Origin: Eledone cirrhosa
Lineage: Eukaryota
DNA: 64,000 nt
Assembly (NCBI GenBank): GCA_964016885.1
Contig: OZ024740.1
Location: 282,410,001-282,474,000, forward strand
Direction of reading: 5' to 3'
Notes under the pieces: model-generated
Database searches by the model: none
Told to the model about the DNA's origin: nothing
What the model saw: only the letters and a program-made list of their open reading frames with translations
Shown: one piece after another, positions 41,455 through 55,710 of the stretch
Numbering within the stretch: position 1 is the stretch's first letter
How the letters are laid out: each line of letters starts with the position of its first letter
Made by a program: the position numbers and the translations under genes

Positions 41455-42425
41455 ATAACAAAGGAATTGTGGTAAGGAACCAAATGGACCATAACGCACC
41501 AGAGTACTCAGGGTAGTAGAGTGGGAAATGGTAAAAAGTATGACCCCGACGGCAGAGCTCAAGCCGTTTCGACGGCTATTTCTGGACTAAATTAGAATTT
41601 TTAGCCCTCAAACCCCATAACGATCCGGGTGGGTAGACAAGGGCTGATACCCCCCACTTGCCGAATAAGTTAGGGGAAACCCCAGCTTACATAGGTAGTT
41701 GTATCTCTCTTCTTTTCCTCTTTGTCTTCTTCTTCCCCCTGTCTAATCCTATCACTTCCTTCCACCCCTATGTTCTTCCTCGTCTGCTTTTCCCCTTTCG
41801 CCTACCCCGATGCAGCCCATCGGGCCTCTGTAGCATCAGTTCCCCCACTCCTGTAATTTTAAGATAGAATTGGCCGAATACGTTTTCCTAACTACTTATA
41901 GCAGATGTTTTAAACCCCTTTAATTTTGTTTCAGTTTTATAATTTCTACAAGTTTTTTTCTATTCTCAACTTATTAACCTGTAATTGTAAATTAGCATTG
42001 TGATTTTTTTTATTCATTTCTCACTATCTAATTTTATATATTTTTTTATTTCTTTCTAGTATCTTTTATTGTCTCCTACTCTCATTGAGTTTACCTATTC
42101 TATAACCTCCCTCTTCCACTTCATACACTATCCTTAGAATCTGTTGTATACATATCACTTTCAACGCTTGACCGCACCACTCACTCCCCTATTGTTCTAC
42201 AGGCAAGTTCAGCCCCCCCCCTACCTTCCACCAAATGCCATGATAGACTTATTTGTGTTTACAACAATATTTCACCAATCCTATTGACAACTACAATCTT
42301 CCCATATAAGGAAGTACGCCCTTGACAAGGTCGGGTATTTATTCACCAGCCTAAAAATTCTAATTTAGTCCAGAAATAGCCGTCGAAACGGCTTCATCTC
42401 TGCCGTCGAGGTGATACTTTTTCCC
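41455..42425 (+). mobile_element. PLE pLTR-like cassette with inverted arms; related fragments at 44889-44932 and 46244-46385
   Basis: 41533-41606 is the near reverse complement of 42348-42422. Flanked by (AT)n. Contains the HHR at 42316-42413. Confidence 0.7.
42316..42413 (+). ncRNA. Hammerhead motif, U3-A8 variant, weak stem I
   Basis: GCCC-TTGACAA-GGTCGGGTATTT...AAATAGCCGTC-GAAA-CGGC-TTCATCTCT-GCCG-TC-GAGG. Confidence 0.55.
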
Positions 42426-43321
42426 ATATATATATATATATATATATGGTGGCTGCCAACTCGTTTTCGAGTACGGCCACTACTTTATATCCATGTAGGA
42501 GAACCCCTACCGATGCGCTGAACGAGTGTGACTTTTTAGTCCAGCCAGCGACTTGAAAACTCTGGTACAAACACTACACTTGTGACAATTATTGACACAT
42601 AATGCTGGGCTCATGGTACCATGTGAGGACAAGTGCAGAGAGATCTCCAGATATAAAGCAATGCCTGTGTCGTGAAGCTTTTATGGTGAGCAAAGGCACT
42701 GCACAAAGCCAGTCCCACTCTCTTAAACAAGATGATATTTACCAAAAAGAAGAACAAGTCAACATCATTGGATACCATCAGGGTTGCAGGTGTTATATCA
42801 GAGTTTTCCTTCTCCTAGAATTCTGCCTTGACAAAGGCTAAGGGGTCATCTCTCCCGGTGATTTGGGATGGCCATTGACTCTTAAGAGCTCCTTTGCCCT
42901 TTGACAGGTTTTGTTTTTAGTCCTGCAGGATGTCCAAAGTCACCCTCCTCACCAAGAAACCTTGGTGAGGTTGTCAGTTTAGTCGCCAACGATCCGACCA
43001 TGAGACAGGTTGTACTGGGATACATGTTACCAGTAGCACCAACTGGTAACCTGACATATATATATACATATATATATATATATGCATACATATATACATA
43101 TATATATATATGTATATATATATGATATTTATTATATATATATAATTATCCACTGTGAAGAAACGGCCTTGTGCTAGGATGAAACGATCGTAATTGATTA
43201 AATGTTTTAAACACTCTTTCATTGTTACTTACAATGCATTTCGACGACTCTGCCGTATACTTGATATTTTACATTGAGCTATTTTCGTTCTTGAAATTGA
43301 ATAATATTTAATATTACTCAC

Positions 43322-43461
<140 letters not shown>

Positions 43462-43489
43462 TACAATTATATATATATATATATGTCTA

Positions 43490-44800
43490 TGGCGGGTAAA
43501 ACTCCCGAGATCCATGGGCGAGTTCTCTCCGGTGGTCTCTGTCCTATATCATGGCTGCCATGTCCTGCGTCTCCAGGAGATCAGTGTCTGACCTTAGGGC
43601 ATCAACATATGTTAACCTCGGTCTTCCTCTTCCAGTGTATCCATGCAGGGGCTCCCACAGGAGTACTGAGTGCATTGTCAACTCTGGATGTCGGTGAGCA
43701 TGTCCAGCTAACCTCAATCTCCTCTGTGCTACTCTCAAGCTGACGTTTGGAAGGCTTCCGTACAGCTCTTAGTTCTTCGTCCTCAGTGTATACTGATTAA
43801 TGTTCAGAGCCATCCTCAGCATTCCTGTGTAGCACCCATCCACTATCTGAGTGAGTTTCTTGGTCAGTGTCCAAGTCTCAGACCCGTACAGCAACGAAGA
43901 GACGGGTCTTCAGGTCTTTACGAAGGTCCGACTTCCACACCGATCTCAAACTGTGGCACGCCGCCCAGGCTTTGCTCTTCCTCTCGACCACACCATCTTC
44001 TGTATTCCAAATCTTTGCTCCCAAATACAAGAATTCCTCAACCAATTCTAGCGGCTTCTCGCGTACATTAGTAATCTTCTCTGGCTTCTTAATATATCAT
44101 GTTAATCTCATTCATTCTCAGCCCCACACTCATAGACACAGTCTCAACCTCCTGCATCAACTCCTCTGCCTCCTTCACTGTGTTTTTCACCAGAACTATG
44201 TCGTTGGCAAATTCAGCATCCGATATCTTTTTCGCCTTAACTCTGAGCCGGTGTTACAGTAAAGCCAGAGTCTTGGTGTTTCTACAGCGCAATACGCATA
44301 CAATAGTCCACTGCGATGATAAAAAGGTAGGGAGCAAATGTATCTCCTGGAGCACTCCAGCCAGTATCTCAAAGAACTCTGTCATCCCATCAGGTGTAAT
44401 GACTTGGGATATGGTGTTCGTGTAGAGCAGTGATATCAGGTCCACTATCTTCTTGGGGATTCCATAAGCCTGTAAGATCTTCATCAGGCAGTGACGGTCC
44501 ACATAATCAAAGGCCTTCCTAAAGTCAATGAAAACCATGACTGCAGGAAAGCACTTTGCTCTAGCTCCCTCTAATATCCGCCTCAGCATCAGGATGTGAC
44601 TGGTGGTTGATCTTCCCACTCTGAAGCCGTTCTGGTTGTCCCTGAGCATCTTCTCCATCTCGGATTGGATCCTGTCTCAATATCCAGTTCCTCTGTGTGG
44701 CCATATATGACCTGAAAGCTGCCAAGGACCAATTCTCTACTGATCCTACGGAGGAGAAGAGGGAGAATATAAAGGTGATGAGGGAAGAACTCTGTACCGC
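43490..44800 (-). mobile_element. RTE-clade LINE, 5'-truncated, with an apparently inverted 5' segment
   Basis: RT motifs NQNGFRVGRST, VFIDFRKAFD, GVLQ; C-terminus RRLRLAGHAHRH...GRGRPRLTYVD. Segment 44685-44800 is coding-like on the plus strand. Confidence 0.9.
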
Positions 44801-44930
44801 TCATATATACATATATATAGAGATACACACGCACATATATATATATGTGTGTGTGTGTGTGTGTATCTATATATATATATATATACATGGCTGTCGAAGC
44901 GGCTGGAGCTCGGCCGTCGGGGGTCCTGAA

Positions 44931-45016
<86 letters not shown>

Positions 45017-45707
45017 CCATCGTCTCCAACAATCAGCGCAAATATAAGTATCGTATATATATGTTGCATGTTTATAAACTGTCAAATCAAAATTTGTTCA
45101 TTGTAGCATTCCAAGTTTGTATCGTTATCAGGTAACTAAAGTAGATTTGCTCTTTTATTATAAGAATCATGTATGCCAAGTATCCGAGAGTCGATAAAAT
45201 CTGTATTATTTGAAAATCAGTTCTAGTTTAAATTTCATCGTAGGTGTTGTGCTGTGCTGGGCTGTTTCAATCATGCCTTTACTAATCTCAATGTATACCA
45301 TTTCGGAAATTGGCCCATATTCCAAGTTAGAAGTTACCATGCTCTTTAGAGAAACGTCGTTTTATTAACTTAGGTATGCTGCAAACGAAACACGTCTGTG
45401 CATGTTCGTATCGTTTTGCACTTAAGAATGTAATTTTCCTACTTCCTACATTTGTATAAATTGGTAGAAACATTACGAAATAACCGCCCACCACCACCAC
45501 CACCACCACCACCACCACCACCCACACAAACATACGTGTTCATACACATATTTGTACTAACAGCAAACCGACCTGACGTTGATATTTCTCTTTGTGTAAA
45601 TATGCCTTCGTCACAATGTATATTGCAGGTGTAATACTATGCGCCACCTACTTTCCATGCATTGTTGACGCGACATCTTAAATTGGCCACCATTGCTCTA
45701 CTAAAAC

Positions 45708-45872
45708 ATAATTGTTTCTACTTTAGGCACGAGGCCAGCAATTACCCAGTACATTACTGGTACTTTATGTTATCGACCCCGTAAGGATAAAAGGCAAAGT
45801 TAACCTCGGTGGGATTTGAACTGTAAAGGGACGTAACTATGCTAGAAAGCATGGCGTCCAACCCTCTACCGC
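45708..45872 (-). mobile_element. SINE copy
   Basis: Core and tail match the family. Confidence 0.85.
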
Positions 45873-45917
45873 TAAAACATAATAATCTGTAATCTATATT
45901 TATATACACACACACAC

Positions 45918-45957
<40 letters not shown>

Positions 45958-46103
45958 ATACTTTGGGAGGGTCATGTTGCCAATAAGAAACACACTCACC
46001 AGTTGCTTTCACTTCAATTTATTATAATAAATTTATAAATTTAGGAATTTATAAATTTCCGGTTGGTTGGTTGGTTCCACAACCAGATGGTTGTTTATAT
46101 ATT

Positions 46104-46146
46104 GTCAAAGTTCTTTCGTCACACATTCTGTGACATCTTCAGTGAC
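46104..46146 (-). ncRNA. Minimal hammerhead motif (family of 55957)
   Basis: GTCA-CTGAAGA-T-GTCACA-GAATG-TGTGAC-GAAA-GAAC-TT-TGAC. Confidence 0.6.
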
Positions 46147-46376
46147 TGGGGATTCTTTTCTTTGTTTTTGTGCCTCTCCTTTGTTCTGTCCTACGCCATC
46201 TTGTTTCTGTGTGTCATATATATATATATATGTTTATATATAGGAAAAGAGTAAGGACCCCGACGGCTGAGCTCCCGTTGGGGTCCTGACTCTTTTTCCT
46301 AATACCCACTCTACTAGCCCAAGTATTGAGTACTCTGGTGGGTTATGATCTACCCGGTATCTTACCACACCCTCTT

Positions 46377-46429
<53 letters not shown>

Positions 46430-46567
46430 ATAACGACGAATAAAATTTATTAGACATATTACAATCGTTTCTCTGGCGAACAGCTCGAGGCACGATCGAT
46501 GTAATGATCGAACCTGACTCTGAAATCGCAAGGTCCTAAGGTTTGGAAACTCTGCTCCGAAGAATCG

Positions 46568-46664
46568 AGACGTATCTGAGGACTTTGCGATTTCAGAGTC
46601 AGGTTCGATCATTGCATCGATCGTGCCTCAAGTTGGTCGCCAGAGAAACGATTGTAATATGTCT
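46568..46664 (+). ncRNA. Type I hammerhead motif within an inverted-arm cassette (46452-46664)
   Basis: AGACGTAT-CTGAGGA-CTTTGCGA...TCGCCAGA-GAAA-CGATTG-TA-ATATGTCT. 8-bp stem I, GUA site. Confidence 0.7.
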
Positions 46665-48012
46665 GGTGGGTAAACCATTGATCGTAAATTAAATTAAATG
46701 CAGATGAGGAATTATGTATCGTGGATAAAATGACTGGTAAATTTGTGGTTAAAATATAACCATGGTTTGAATTGTGGGAAAAATTGGTAGGTAAAATCAT
46801 AGTTTAGATAGTAAAATGGCGGATGATTTGTTGAGTAAAATGATCTGTTAAACAAAGAATTGTGGGTAAAATGGTGGCTAAAGTAGAGAATTCGTTTAAA
46901 ATGCAAGATTCTTGGTAAACTGTGGATAATTTAGTGTTAAAATACATGAGTATAATTCTGGGTAACATTGTGTATAAAACCGTAGCTAAATTCGTGAGTA
47001 AAATAATGAGTTTTGGGTGAATTGGTTGGTAAAATGAGAATATAGCTCCTCATGCATGAATATTAAACAAGTGCCGTGATTAAGCGAAAGTTAAAATAGT
47101 TTGGAATACTTTTGAAATGATTAAACAAAATATTTCCTTTTTTAATCGAGATTCATTTTGTTTATTGTTTTGTAAGGGAGGAAAGGGAAATGCCGACGAC
47201 CCTTTTCAACGTCACTGGGTCTGGTTAAATATCCTCACATACCTAATCCGAATGTTTGCAATAGTGTGGATTACATTTATAAGCCATATGAGCCACAGTG
47301 GATTACAACTCAGAAGAAACAGAGCTGGATTAAACACCGCAAGCCATCTCATCCGATGATCCAACAATTTTATTAATAAACCACTTTGGGATGGTACAAT
47401 ATTTTATCGATCTCGAAATGATAAAAGGATCGATTTGGGCTCGATTTGAACTCAGGATGCAGGGACACTGATTAAGTATTGCAAGGTATTTTATCCTACA
47501 TTCTAACGACTTTTATTAATACGCCACCTATTACTAACATTTGAAGATGAATAAAATTTAGTGTCAAGAACTAAGCCAACCGTAGAAAAATAATGATTCT
47601 TAGAAGAGATAAATAATCGTCTTCTGAGCGGCAACAAACATCCTAGTATTATGTCCTATTGTAATATCTATCAGAGTATAGAAAGTGTCACCTGCGAGCG
47701 TGTTTGCGAATGTAGCTGTTTGCTTCCATGTTTGTAAGCATGTACAATTTAAATTGCCTATTAATTTGTCTATACACACACAGACACACAATGACACATA
47801 CAAATATATAAATGTATCGTGTGGGTCAGGATTGGTGGATACATGAGTCGCCCCTGGGTAGTTATCCCCCTAATGGGGAACTTATAGTGTTCAATTTTAT
47901 TGTTTATTGTCCTTGTTTTATACACTGTTTACTCGTTCCTTTCTATAGAAAGAAACCCACTGTCCCTGTCTTTTGCATTGTCGCCTATATGTAGGCCCTT
48001 GTGGCCAATAAA

Positions 48013-48381
48013 AGTCGGATGCCATGCTTTGCAGCATAGAGTTATGGCCCGTTACAGTCTGAGTTCAAATCCCGCCGAGGTTACCTTTGCTTTTCATCAT
48101 TACGGGGTCGATAAAATAATGTACCAGTAATGCACTGAGATGATTGCTGGCCTTGTGCCAAAAATAAAAACAATTATTATTCGGTGGATTGGCAGCATCG
48201 GAAAACATGCTTCGCGGCATAGAGTTATGGCCATTTACACTCTGAGTTCAAATCCGCCGAGGTTAGCTTTACCTTTCATCCTTACGGGTTCGATAAAATA
48301 AAGTAACAGTAATGCGCTGCGGTCGATTTAATCAACTTTCTCCTCTCCCAAAATTGCTGGCCTTGTGCCTAAATCAGAAAC

Positions 48382-48414
<33 letters not shown>

Positions 48415-48845
48415 GAACTCGCTGGATTGGCAGTATCGGTAGATGGTCGGACGCCATGCTTTGCAGCATAGAGTTACGGCCCTTTATGATCTGAGTTCAA
48501 ATCCCGCCGAGGTTGACTTTGCCTTTCATCCTTACGGTGTCGATAAAATAAAGTACCAGTAATGCTCTGGGTATTTGCTGGCCTTGTGCCAAAAGTAGAA
48601 ACAATTATTATTTTGTACTCGTAGGGTGGTGGATTGGCAGTATCCGTAGAGTGTCTGACGCCATGCTTTGCAGCAAAGAGTTACGACCCTTTATAATCTG
48701 ATTTCAAATACCGCCGAGGTTAACTTTGCCTTTCATCCTTATGGGGTCGATAAAATAAAGTACCAGTCACGCACTGGGGTCGATTTAATCGACTTTCCCC
48801 TCCCCCAAAATTGCTGGCCTTGTGCCTATATAAGAAACCATTATT
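48013..48845 (+). mobile_element. Four head-to-tail SINE copies
   Basis: Copies at about 48013-48175, 48182-48385 (with an (ATT)n tail), 48420-48606 and 48624-48845. Confidence 0.9.
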
Positions 48846-49402
48846 ATGTACTCGTATACCCGAATTAATCTAACCGTCTATGACTCTAGCTACCTATATA
48901 TGTGTGTGTAGGTATGTGTGTGTGTAGGTATGTGTGTGTGTGTAGGTATGTGTGTGTGTGTGTGTATGTGTGTGTGTGCATATATATAAATATATGCGTG
49001 TATGTATTTTATTATTATCATTTTTGTTGCTTAAGTGAAACCGAGGGTGTGGGCCTATGCAGAGATATGTGTTTTATATGTGCCTATATATATAGTTGTA
49101 TGTGCATATATGCGTGTGTGTCTGTATATGTGTGTGTGTATATATGTGTATATGTATGTGTTTCCATACGTGTGTGTCTATAAGCATGAAGCATGTTGTA
49201 TGTGTATGTATGGATATGTATATCTGTGATTGTATATACGAATCTATGCGTGTGCATATGTTTGTGGGTATGTATATATATGTTAAAATGGATTTTAAAT
49301 ATATGTGTGTGTGTTTGCGTGAGTGTATGTGTAACTATATATTTCTATATATGCCTACCTATGTGTTGATCAGTATATATTTGTGTGGGTGCCCACATTG
49401 CG

Positions 49403-49458
<56 letters not shown>

Positions 49459-49459
<1 letters not shown>

Positions 49460-49962
49460 TATCTGAATTAACCGCACCTTACTGTGTTTCACATTTTCTT
49501 TTGTAAAAAGATTGATTTTAAATCAGTGATATAATTTATGGAGAAAAACTCTGCATTTCAATATTACTCAATGTAAAATGTAATGCATGAAAAATTGTTG
49601 GAAAACTTTATTTTTTGTAATATATCAAATCAAAATTAGATTATTAAATCTTATTCTTATTTTGTTTCTTGTAAATAATTTTTTCAAAACATCAGTTGAA
49701 AACTTTTGTGAATAGGTATCATATCTTGTCATTTACCTATGGTTTAAATTTCATATAAATCGAAGGGAAAACATTTTCAACGGGGGTGTGTACACCCGGG
49801 GAACCCTTTGATTAAAATGAAATATACTTATCCAAGTACCCTGGGCAATGTAGTTTCTGAATGTATATGGTTATGGGGGTCTATCTCCAAAACCATAGGA
49901 GGAGTTCGTGAACAAACAGACAAACAAACAAACAGACAGGAATACAACTTTATATATATATA
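49459..49962 (-). mobile_element. Degenerate non-autonomous Helitron
   Basis: 3' end CACAGTAAGGTGCGG...ATAG|T (a CTAG variant). The 5' end has TATATAAAG plus a GTTT/GTCT microsatellite, similar to the 50308 element. Confidence 0.45.
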
Positions 49963-50307
49963 TGTGGGTGGGGTGGGGGGGGGGACGCATGTGCACCTAT
50001 ATGAGTATGAGCCTCCGGCAGCATTTCCCCGTAAAACTACATGTAATAGTTTTATGATGGTATATAATTACAATACCGTGACTGCATGTGGGTCACCCCC
50101 TTTCAATTTCATAATCTTTACTCCACTAACCTTACTACGGAGTATCCACTGTATTTCTACATAATATATTTAAAACTAATGTATAACCTGATTATAATAG
50201 TCTTCTTATAAGAATCCTATCACCCTACTCTCTTATTATATTACAACACTATGATATTACTAATGTTATGTGATTTCCCCTATAACGTTCTATCGTTATA
50301 TAGTATA

Positions 50308-50860
50308 CTAGCAGTGGTACCCGGCGTTGCACGGGATAACGTATTTTGGAACGCGGGCTGCCAACAGACCTAACGTGGAAAAACTGCATGCCTGGACAAT
50401 ATGTAAAGAAAATAAACCGAATACTCTGATGGCTGGATAATCTTTAAGATTATCCTCGATGAAGCAGGAAAAATGCAGGTTTTCACATAATGCGGCGCTA
50501 GGAGATCAAGAAAATGAATTTTTTTTTTATAATACGCCTCAAAAAAGCCCTAAAAATCTGAAAAAATGAAGTTTTTCACCTAATGCTGGCCCTAGGCCAT
50601 AAAACAGTTGGATTTTCTTTACTCACGGTATGAAGAAGAGACTGACTAATACATAGTTACAGTTTCAAGGAAATCGGTCTGACGTAACGCTTCAAAAAAC
50701 GCATAAAAAGCTTCAAAAAACGCAGTTTTTCACCTAATGAGGGCCCTAGGGGATCAAAATGTTGAATTGTATGTGCATAACACTCTCTGAAACATAAGTA
50801 ATATACATGTAAAGTTTGAAAAGAATTGGTTGGGTACTTCTCGACTTTTACGGATTCAAA

Positions 50861-50947
<87 letters not shown>

Positions 50948-50968
50948 TCTCAGTTTTATATATATAGA
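50308..50968 (-). mobile_element. Complete non-autonomous Helitron (661 bp)
   Basis: 5' A|TCTATATATATAAAAC followed by (GT)n. 3' hairpin CCCGTGCAACGCCGGG followed by CTAG|T. Confidence 0.85.
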
Positions 50969-51367
50969 TAATATTACGATACAGGAAACCCTATCATTAC
51001 ATTACTAGACCCCCAACGTAACACCTTAAACCCATGCATGTGTTCGTACCGTGAACTGAATGTGCGAGCGAATATTGGCCCCCCTGTCAGTGCCGGTGGG
51101 TGCAGGTATGTCTATGTCTATTTGAAAGGCTGTTTGCGCGTGTGTGAGCCAGTATACGCCTGTGTGTTGGTTTATATATGGGCTTGTGCGTGTGTTCTGC
51201 TAATTATACTGATACAATACACGACAACATGAAATATGGCTATGGGTCAACTAAGTGATTTTGGCAGAAAACACTTAAAAGCCATCCACACCAAAGAGAA
51301 TACGAACCCTAATCGATACCAAGGCAGATTTATCATTTTCATTATCCTTTTATTTTATTCTCATTAT

Positions 51368-52112
51368 TCGAGGTTAACTTTGCCTTTCATCCTTCCGGGG
51401 TCGATAGAATAAAGTACCAGTAATGCACTGGTGAATTGCTAGCCTTGTGCCTAAAGTAGAAACAATTATTATGTCACTATCACACACACACACACATGTA
51501 TATGTAAATGAATATATATATATATATATATATATCCTTTATAATTAAATTTACTAAAATATATATATACTAAATTTACTAAAATATATATATATATATG
51601 AAAACAGGGAGAAAAAGACGATTATTAGGAAGAAAAATATATATTTTTCCTTTTTTATTTCTTTCTCTCTTTTTTCTGAGTTAGAAAATGATTAAAACGA
51701 AATATTTTAATTTGGGTGAAGTATTAAGGTATTAGTTGATTTATTTATTAATTAACAATGGCGTTTATTTATTTATATGTTTAATAATTCCTCTCCACAT
51801 TTTATTATTATTATTATTATATATATATATATGCAACAAAAGCGTATGTTGGTCGGCATTGAATGAATATATATATATATATATAGTAATAATATATATA
51901 TAATATATGTATGTTATATAGCTCTGATTAATGATTATTGGCAGTATCGGTAGAGGGTCGGACATGCTTTCCAGCATAGTTACGTCGCCTTACGATCTGA
52001 GTTCAAATCCTGCCGAGGTTAACTTTGCCTTTCATCCTTACGGGGTCGATAAAATAAAGTACCAGTAACGTACTGGGTAATTGCTGGCCTTGTGCCAAAT
52101 GTAGAAACATTT
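51368..52112 (+). mobile_element. Two SINE copies (51368-51468 truncated; 51937-52112)
   Basis: Both match the family core and tail. The second has A and B boxes. Confidence 0.85.
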
Positions 52113-52203
52113 ATTAAATTCATTCATTGAGCCACATCGTTGAAGGTAGGCTACACTCATATAAGTATCTATGCTTATGTTTAAATATATATGTGTTCCT
52201 TCT

Positions 52204-52266
<63 letters not shown>

Positions 52267-52453
52267 CATAGATGTATGTATATGTAAATGAATATATATA
52301 TATATGAACATAGCTTTGATTATTGTGTAATTTATATTCCTGCTCTGTAAAACATCTAATGTATTTACATTGAGCTATTTTTCTTAATAAGGTAGTAATG
52401 AATTACTGACCTTTCCTGTTTATAGTTGTATATAGTGTATACATAACTATAAA

Positions 52454-52509
<56 letters not shown>

Positions 52510-53269
52510 ATCATACGCAACAAAAGCGTATGATGGTTGGGATTGTAACACCCTTGGTTATATATAGCATAAGCTAACTAGCCTTTCCCGAAAAAGCAAT
52601 TTCTTTTACTTGCAAGTTAACGACCAGATAACTCCACATCTATATTTACAAATGGTAGTATTTAACTCCTTAAAAATAGCTAATTAGTTGTATATTTCGC
52701 CTAGATACTGTACCTATTGTTTTTAAATTGAAGTCTATATTTCATCCAACTCAATTTGATTCTTTACGTAGCTTACTATTGTTATTAAGGGGTGATAATG
52801 CTAATAGTGGGTAATTTCCCTTGCTATAATTTTTAGTCCTATTTTGTGTTGATTGTATTTTCATGAGTACATCTAACCAAGGGACTGTTAATTATTATTA
52901 ATACAGCTCAACTTAATTTAAACTAAATAAATTTCGTAAACCCATTAATAACCTAATTATAACCAGGATGTAAATTTTAGTATGGTGACAATCTTTTTTT
53001 ATGCTACACACTCGTTAATTATATACACTCACTGGATGCTGTGTTGTTGTTGACTTCAGATGTGGATTGATCTTTGCGTTACGTGAAGATCTTATCACAT
53101 AGAACAATATATGATTTATTAATGCATTAAGCGACAACTCTATTATGGCTAATGGGAATCTTTTGCTTTCTATATTAGAGTGCACAAGATAGATTTACTA
53201 CCGAGAGCTGCACAGTGGGGTGAAAATCGGTGCTGCGAAGTTTAAGATATTCTTTCTGTCGAGAAAATA

Positions 53270-53795
53270 GTGCAGTGCATTCTGCTTGGGAATGGAGTTA
53301 AACTGGCGAACTATCTCGAGGCCATTTTCACGAGTGATGGAAGACAAAACGTTGAATTAAATGCAAAAATTGCTGGAGCTGGTGTAGCAATGTGCAAGCT
53401 TCAGTACATGTTCATCAAAAGAAGAGAGCTAGGTCTAAAACTTTAACTCGCTCTCTTCAATTCTGTATTCAATTCATGCCTACCCTTGCCTATGGTTATG
53501 AATCTTGGGCAATGACCGAAAGAAAACGATCGCGAATACAAACGTCTAATATAGTTTTCCGCCGAAGGGCATTTGGAGTAACATTACTCAATAGAGTGTG
53601 TAGCTTAGAGGTCAGGGTTTCGCTCCAGGTAGAGGCGTTACATCTCTGAATCGAGATATCACTGTACAAGTACCGCGGGCATGTGGTTGATATGTCTAAG
53701 AAAAGAACCGTTGGACAAATTTTAAGAGCAAAGCCAACCAGTATGAGATTCATACTTAGAACAAGAAAAATGTGGTTAGATAACATCCATGAGCT
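53270..53795 (+). mobile_element. Decayed RTE LINE 3' fragment
   Basis: IFTSDGRQ...KIAGA; PTLAYGYESWAMT; GVTLLNRV; RGHVVDM. Confidence 0.75.
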
Positions 53796-53799
53796 CGCA

Positions 53800-55050
53800 A
53801 CCGACTACACAATGATCTGAATGCTGAAATATAAAACATCTGGAACAAAGATACGGCTATTGAAGAAATGAATGGGCAACATTTTGTTGATATTCTGAAC
53901 TTAGTGATAAATGAAATGAACAATGATAGTGGAAAACCTATGAACCTAAGATTTGTAGACAGGAAAAGTTCAAAGAAATGACAATTAAGTTAAACAGGGT
54001 CGTTCCATACCTTGAGGTGAAGAACCTTCAACAATGCAACAACATCCTCAAAGCAACCGCAAATGTGGTGAAAAAATTGCTTGGTATAAACCCGAGAGGA
54101 AACAACAAACAAGAAAGAACAGAGCCTTGTTGGAAGAAGCGACTGAAAGGTCAAATCAAGGAAATGAGAATTCTTAAATGGAATGTTACTAAACAAAAAG
54201 AAATGGATAGAAAGACTAGCAGCTAATGACTACCTACACCATGTTCCACAAGAGGAGTGATGTTGATAGACTCTATTTAAAGAGATCTTAATGCAGAAGA
54301 GGTCTTATCAGTGTACAGGACTGTGTTCAGTTGGAGAAGTGTTGTCTACACAAATGTGTGTCTGAGAGTAGGGAGCCGATGCTCAAAGGTATACTGAGGA
54401 AGAGAACAGACCAGGAGATTCCAAGGAGGAGGTCATAACAAAGAGGTAGAACAACCTTCATGAAAAGCCCCCTTCATAGCACCTTTTTTGATAAAACGGA
54501 ATTCAGAGATTCACAGACATGGAGTTGGTTATAAAGAGGATACCTTAAAAAAGCTACAGAGGGAATGCTACTGGATGCACAGGAGCAAGCCCTCATAACG
54601 AAGTGGGTGAAACACCATATTGACAAGGAGGAGGCTAGCCCATTTTGTAGTATCTATATATAGAGAGAGGAAACTGGGGCTGACATCGTATCGAAGTGTA
54701 AACATCTAGCCCAGACTCACTATAAAGGATGGAGGCACGATATAATAGGAAAGGTCATTTATTGCCATTTATGCAAACTAAATAATTTACCACATTCTGA
54801 GAAGTGGTATGAGCATAAGCCAGAGTCGGTGATAGAAAACGATCGAGTGAAGGTGCTATGGGATTTCAGAATACAGACAGACAAGAAATTAGAACAATAT
54901 AACCCTTTGTGCCGTGTGTGTAAAAAAACAATCAGAGACAATTGATCATATAATTTCAAGGTGCAGTCCTATAATCTCGACCAAATACCTTAACAGGCAC
55001 GACAGAGTGGCACAATAGATACATTGGATAATGTGTAAACATTTTGATCT
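53800..55050 (+). mobile_element. Decayed R4/Dong-type RLE retrotransposon fragments
   Basis: TEGMLLDAQEQAL...C...ET..DIVSKCKHLA..YK..RHD...KWYEHKPESVIENDRVKVLWDFRIQTDK. A second zinc-finger/RHD fragment lies at about 54900-55050. Confidence 0.8.
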
Positions 55051-55710
55051 AATATGGTAATACTATATTTTTTGATTGCCAGCATATAATTGAAAAGATT
55101 CTCAAAAGACATCAACAATTATTTGTGAAATAGAATATCTATTAAACAAATATCAACCACCGATTTTGTTTGGTCATTTAACGGTTAATATAAAACTGCG
55201 TATTTGAAATATAGGGTCAAACCTTTGGCATCAAGTTGAATATTATTTGTTTCTGAATCACCAGTTCGCATTTTTCGTTTTCTCTTTCTTTCCTTTGAGC
55301 TCGATTTTAATGGGACTGAAAAAAATATATACATAAATATTAACAGTTTCGCAATATAATATATTAGCAATAAGGAAGTGTTAGTCTATGTCAACAAATT
55401 AAATTCAAACGGTTCACGATGTGAGAATATATAGAAATCCGATTGACACTTGCTATTCAGAAATGATGTTGTTTCGTTAATGCATCTACTCTTTTTGTTT
55501 CCCACATTTTTGTCCGTTTTTTTTTACAGTACGTGTCCTATCTTTTAATCTCTCTCTCTTTCTCTGTATATATATGTGTGTGTGTGTTGTGTGTGTGACA
55601 TATATATAGGATTAAATTAAAAATCGATTGACATATATATATATATATATTTCGTTTCTGAATTTATTTAGCAAGATTCTTTATCTGTAAACGTGTGTTG
55701 AAATCGATAT

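Noticed and set aside
48420-48510. tRNA gene call for A/B-box sequences
   Set aside because: These are heads of tRNA-derived SINEs and do not form a cloverleaf.
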